A stretch of DNA of 64,000 nucleotides from Callorhinchus milii (lineage: Eukaryota): contig NW_024704892.1 in the NCBI RefSeq assembly GCF_018977255.1, forward strand, positions 1 to 64,000, given 5' to 3'. The notes below the pieces were generated by a model. The model saw nothing but the letters and a program-made list of their open reading frames with translations, was not told the DNA's origin and did not search any database. Below are positions 61,710 through 64,000 of the stretch, in pieces (the stretch's first letter is position 1; each line of letters starts with the position of its first letter). The position numbers were made by a program, and so were the translations under genes.

Positions 61710-63955
61710 CCTGAACTGTTAATGGGTAAACGCACAGACCCACAGTGGGAAGCATTCAAATAAGAATTTGATACAATATCAACCCAGTCCATCCTCTAAA
61801 CGCAAGCGCTCCGTTGGTGCAGTTCAACAACCGTGGTGGACAAATGAGGTGAGAGACAGCAACAAACTAAAAGAAAAGGCTGACACGAATAAAGAGAAAG
61901 TGTCAATACAACGGACTGCGAAACTTCAAAATAACACCAAAGAAACAAAGAAAGTAATAAAAGGGACGATGCGAAACAGCCTGCAAGCGATATCATGGGC
62001 ATCAGTAGCCCTTTTTCACAATATATCAAGAGAAGAGTGTAGTAAAGGGCAATGTGGACACATTAATGGCTGATGTTTATGACATTAAATGAACATTGAG
62101 GATGTGGCAGGCTTGTTGAATGAATAATTTGGTTGCATTTTCAGAGTCGGGGCAGATGACAGAATGCATAGGCTGCAAGGCAACATAAAGTAAGCGAAAG
62201 AGAAGTCTCAATCTATTTAATATGAATAAAAACGATAATGGAGAAAATAATGGGACTAAAGATAAACGGATCTACAGCACCTGCGAGATTCCACCTCAGG
62301 GTATTAACACAAATTGGGGAAGGAATTGTAGTTGCGTTCATCATAATCTTCCAAATCTCCATATTCAGGAATTGTGACCTTGGATTGGAAAAATCCAAAT
62401 GTGACTCCATTATATTAGATGGGATTGCAGGACGTAACGAAGAAGTGATGTACGGTGGGAAGATGAAGGGTAGGATGGTGGGAGGGAAACCAGGTAACTA
62501 CAGACCCGTCAGCCTCACTTCAGTTGTGGGGAAGTGACTGTAATCTCTCATCAGGGACAGAGTGACTGAGCACCTTGGACACGTATGAGATAGTCAAAGA
62601 GAATCAGCGAGGATGTCTGACGAATCTGATTGAATTTTAGACGGAGGTCACTAACATGGTGGGTAAGAAGTCTCTATGGACGTCGTCTACGTGGACTTCC
62701 AGAGGCATTTGATCAGCTTCGGCACAAGAGGTTAAGCGCATGGAATCAGAGGTAACCTTGCGACATGACTTGGGAATTGGTTGGGAGGCAGGAAACATAG
62801 AGTAGGGAAAAACGAAAGTTCTGTGATTGGTGGGATGTGACAGGTATCCCCACGGGTCTGTACTCTGGCCTCGCTGTTCACTAGATAAAAGTAAAATAAT
62901 ATTCCTTGTATTTGGTATTGTGTTTTCACATCTTTGAGACGTCTCAAATCGCTTCTCTGTATACTGTGAAGTGGAATGACTGCACATTTGTGGGCAAAAT
63001 GCACAGCCAGTTGCGAAGATTGATGCCTTACAAACAAACTTGGGTAGAACGACTTAACTGTTACTCCATTTTTTTTCTTGAGGGATTATTATCGGGCGTT
63101 TGGAATAACGAAAATTGGCCAAGGTTTCGCCCTGCCGGTGTTCTAGGTCTCTCGCTTGCGAGGCGTGTGCTCTGACCAAAATGATATAGATCTCCAATGG
63201 ATACATACATGTCTGAGATGAAGGAACAGAGAGATATATATCAAAATTTGCAGGTGACACTAATTTAGGATGTACACTCATTGTGCAGATTAGTACAGGA
63301 AAAAAGGGGACTTAGATAAATTACGTGGATGGGCAAGATTGTGGCAGATGAAATTCGAAGCGGAGAATTCCGTGGTCATCCAATGCGCATTCAAAAATAA
63401 CACAACAAAATATTTTCTAAATTGTGAATAATAAGAATAGAGGACGATCAAAGGTATTTGAGTGTTCAAGTCCACAATGGCTAAACACAAGCACACAGCC
63501 AGACCAAGCTATTGAAAAGCCTGATGGGATGTTGGCCTTTATCACATGGCGCTGGAACAGAAAGGAAAGGAAATGATGCTTCAACAGTATGGAGACTTGG
63601 TCAGGCCGCATCTGGAGACTGCGTTGAGTTCAGATCCTCGCACCTCAGGAAGGATATATTAGCGCTGGAGGAGGGGCTGCAGCACAGAATCATCAGAATG
63701 ATAACAGTGTTTAAACTTCGAGGCCGGGTTACAACTTGGTCTCTATTCCCTTGAGTTTAGAAGGCTGAGTGAGGGCTATATCTGATGGAGTTGTTTAAAG
63801 TAACAAAGGGATTCGAGAGCGTAGCGACAGGGAATCTATTTCCTCTTGTGGGTGGTGGGGGGTTGGAATGCAGAACAAGGATCAACATCTTAAAATCAGA
63901 GCTAGGCCATTTAGGATTGAACTCGGGGCAGCTTCTGATCCTCGTTCCAGTGGGA
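61710..63955 (+). mobile_element. Degenerate CR1 LINE ORF2 fragments
   Basis: PGNYRPVSLTSVVGK, ggatgggcaagattgtggcagatgaaattc (W..WQM.F), HLRKDILALE; interrupted by a SINE. Confidence 0.85.
62895..63180 (-). mobile_element. Diverged SINE inside CR1
   Basis: ggtctctcgcttgcgaggcgtgtgctctgacca head and family body on minus. Confidence 0.8.
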
Positions 63956-63962
63956 ATCTCTG

Positions 63963-64000
<38 letters not shown>

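Overview
Repeat-rich vertebrate genomic DNA, most likely from a cartilaginous fish. This is inferred from the expanded two-exon GPR139-like GPCRs, the tRNA-headed SINEs with a Deu-like body, and L2/CR1 LINE relics. Most ORFs in the supplied track are spurious; the real genes are spliced. The window holds four main things. (1) Three GPR139-like GPCR genes, all disrupted as assembled, plus an orphan exon 1; two of them lie in a ~7.9 kb segmental duplication (18013-36683). (2) The 3' exons (23 nt, 116 nt and B30.2/PRY-SPRY) of a TRIM-type gene whose 5' exons I cannot find. (3) Many SINE, L2 and CR1 fragments, mini- and microsatellites, and several promoter-like motif clusters. (4) The main finding: a ~17 kb minus-strand gene for a secreted EPN-type C-type lectin fused to a long Pro/Thr/Ser-rich mucin-like stalk. 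The apparent 1.41/0.91 kb tandem repeat at 45.6-57.1 kb is an array of about 25 small phase-1/phase-1 exons of three types, nearly all exactly 123 nt with intact splice sites. All coordinates and translations were read by eye; no database search was run.
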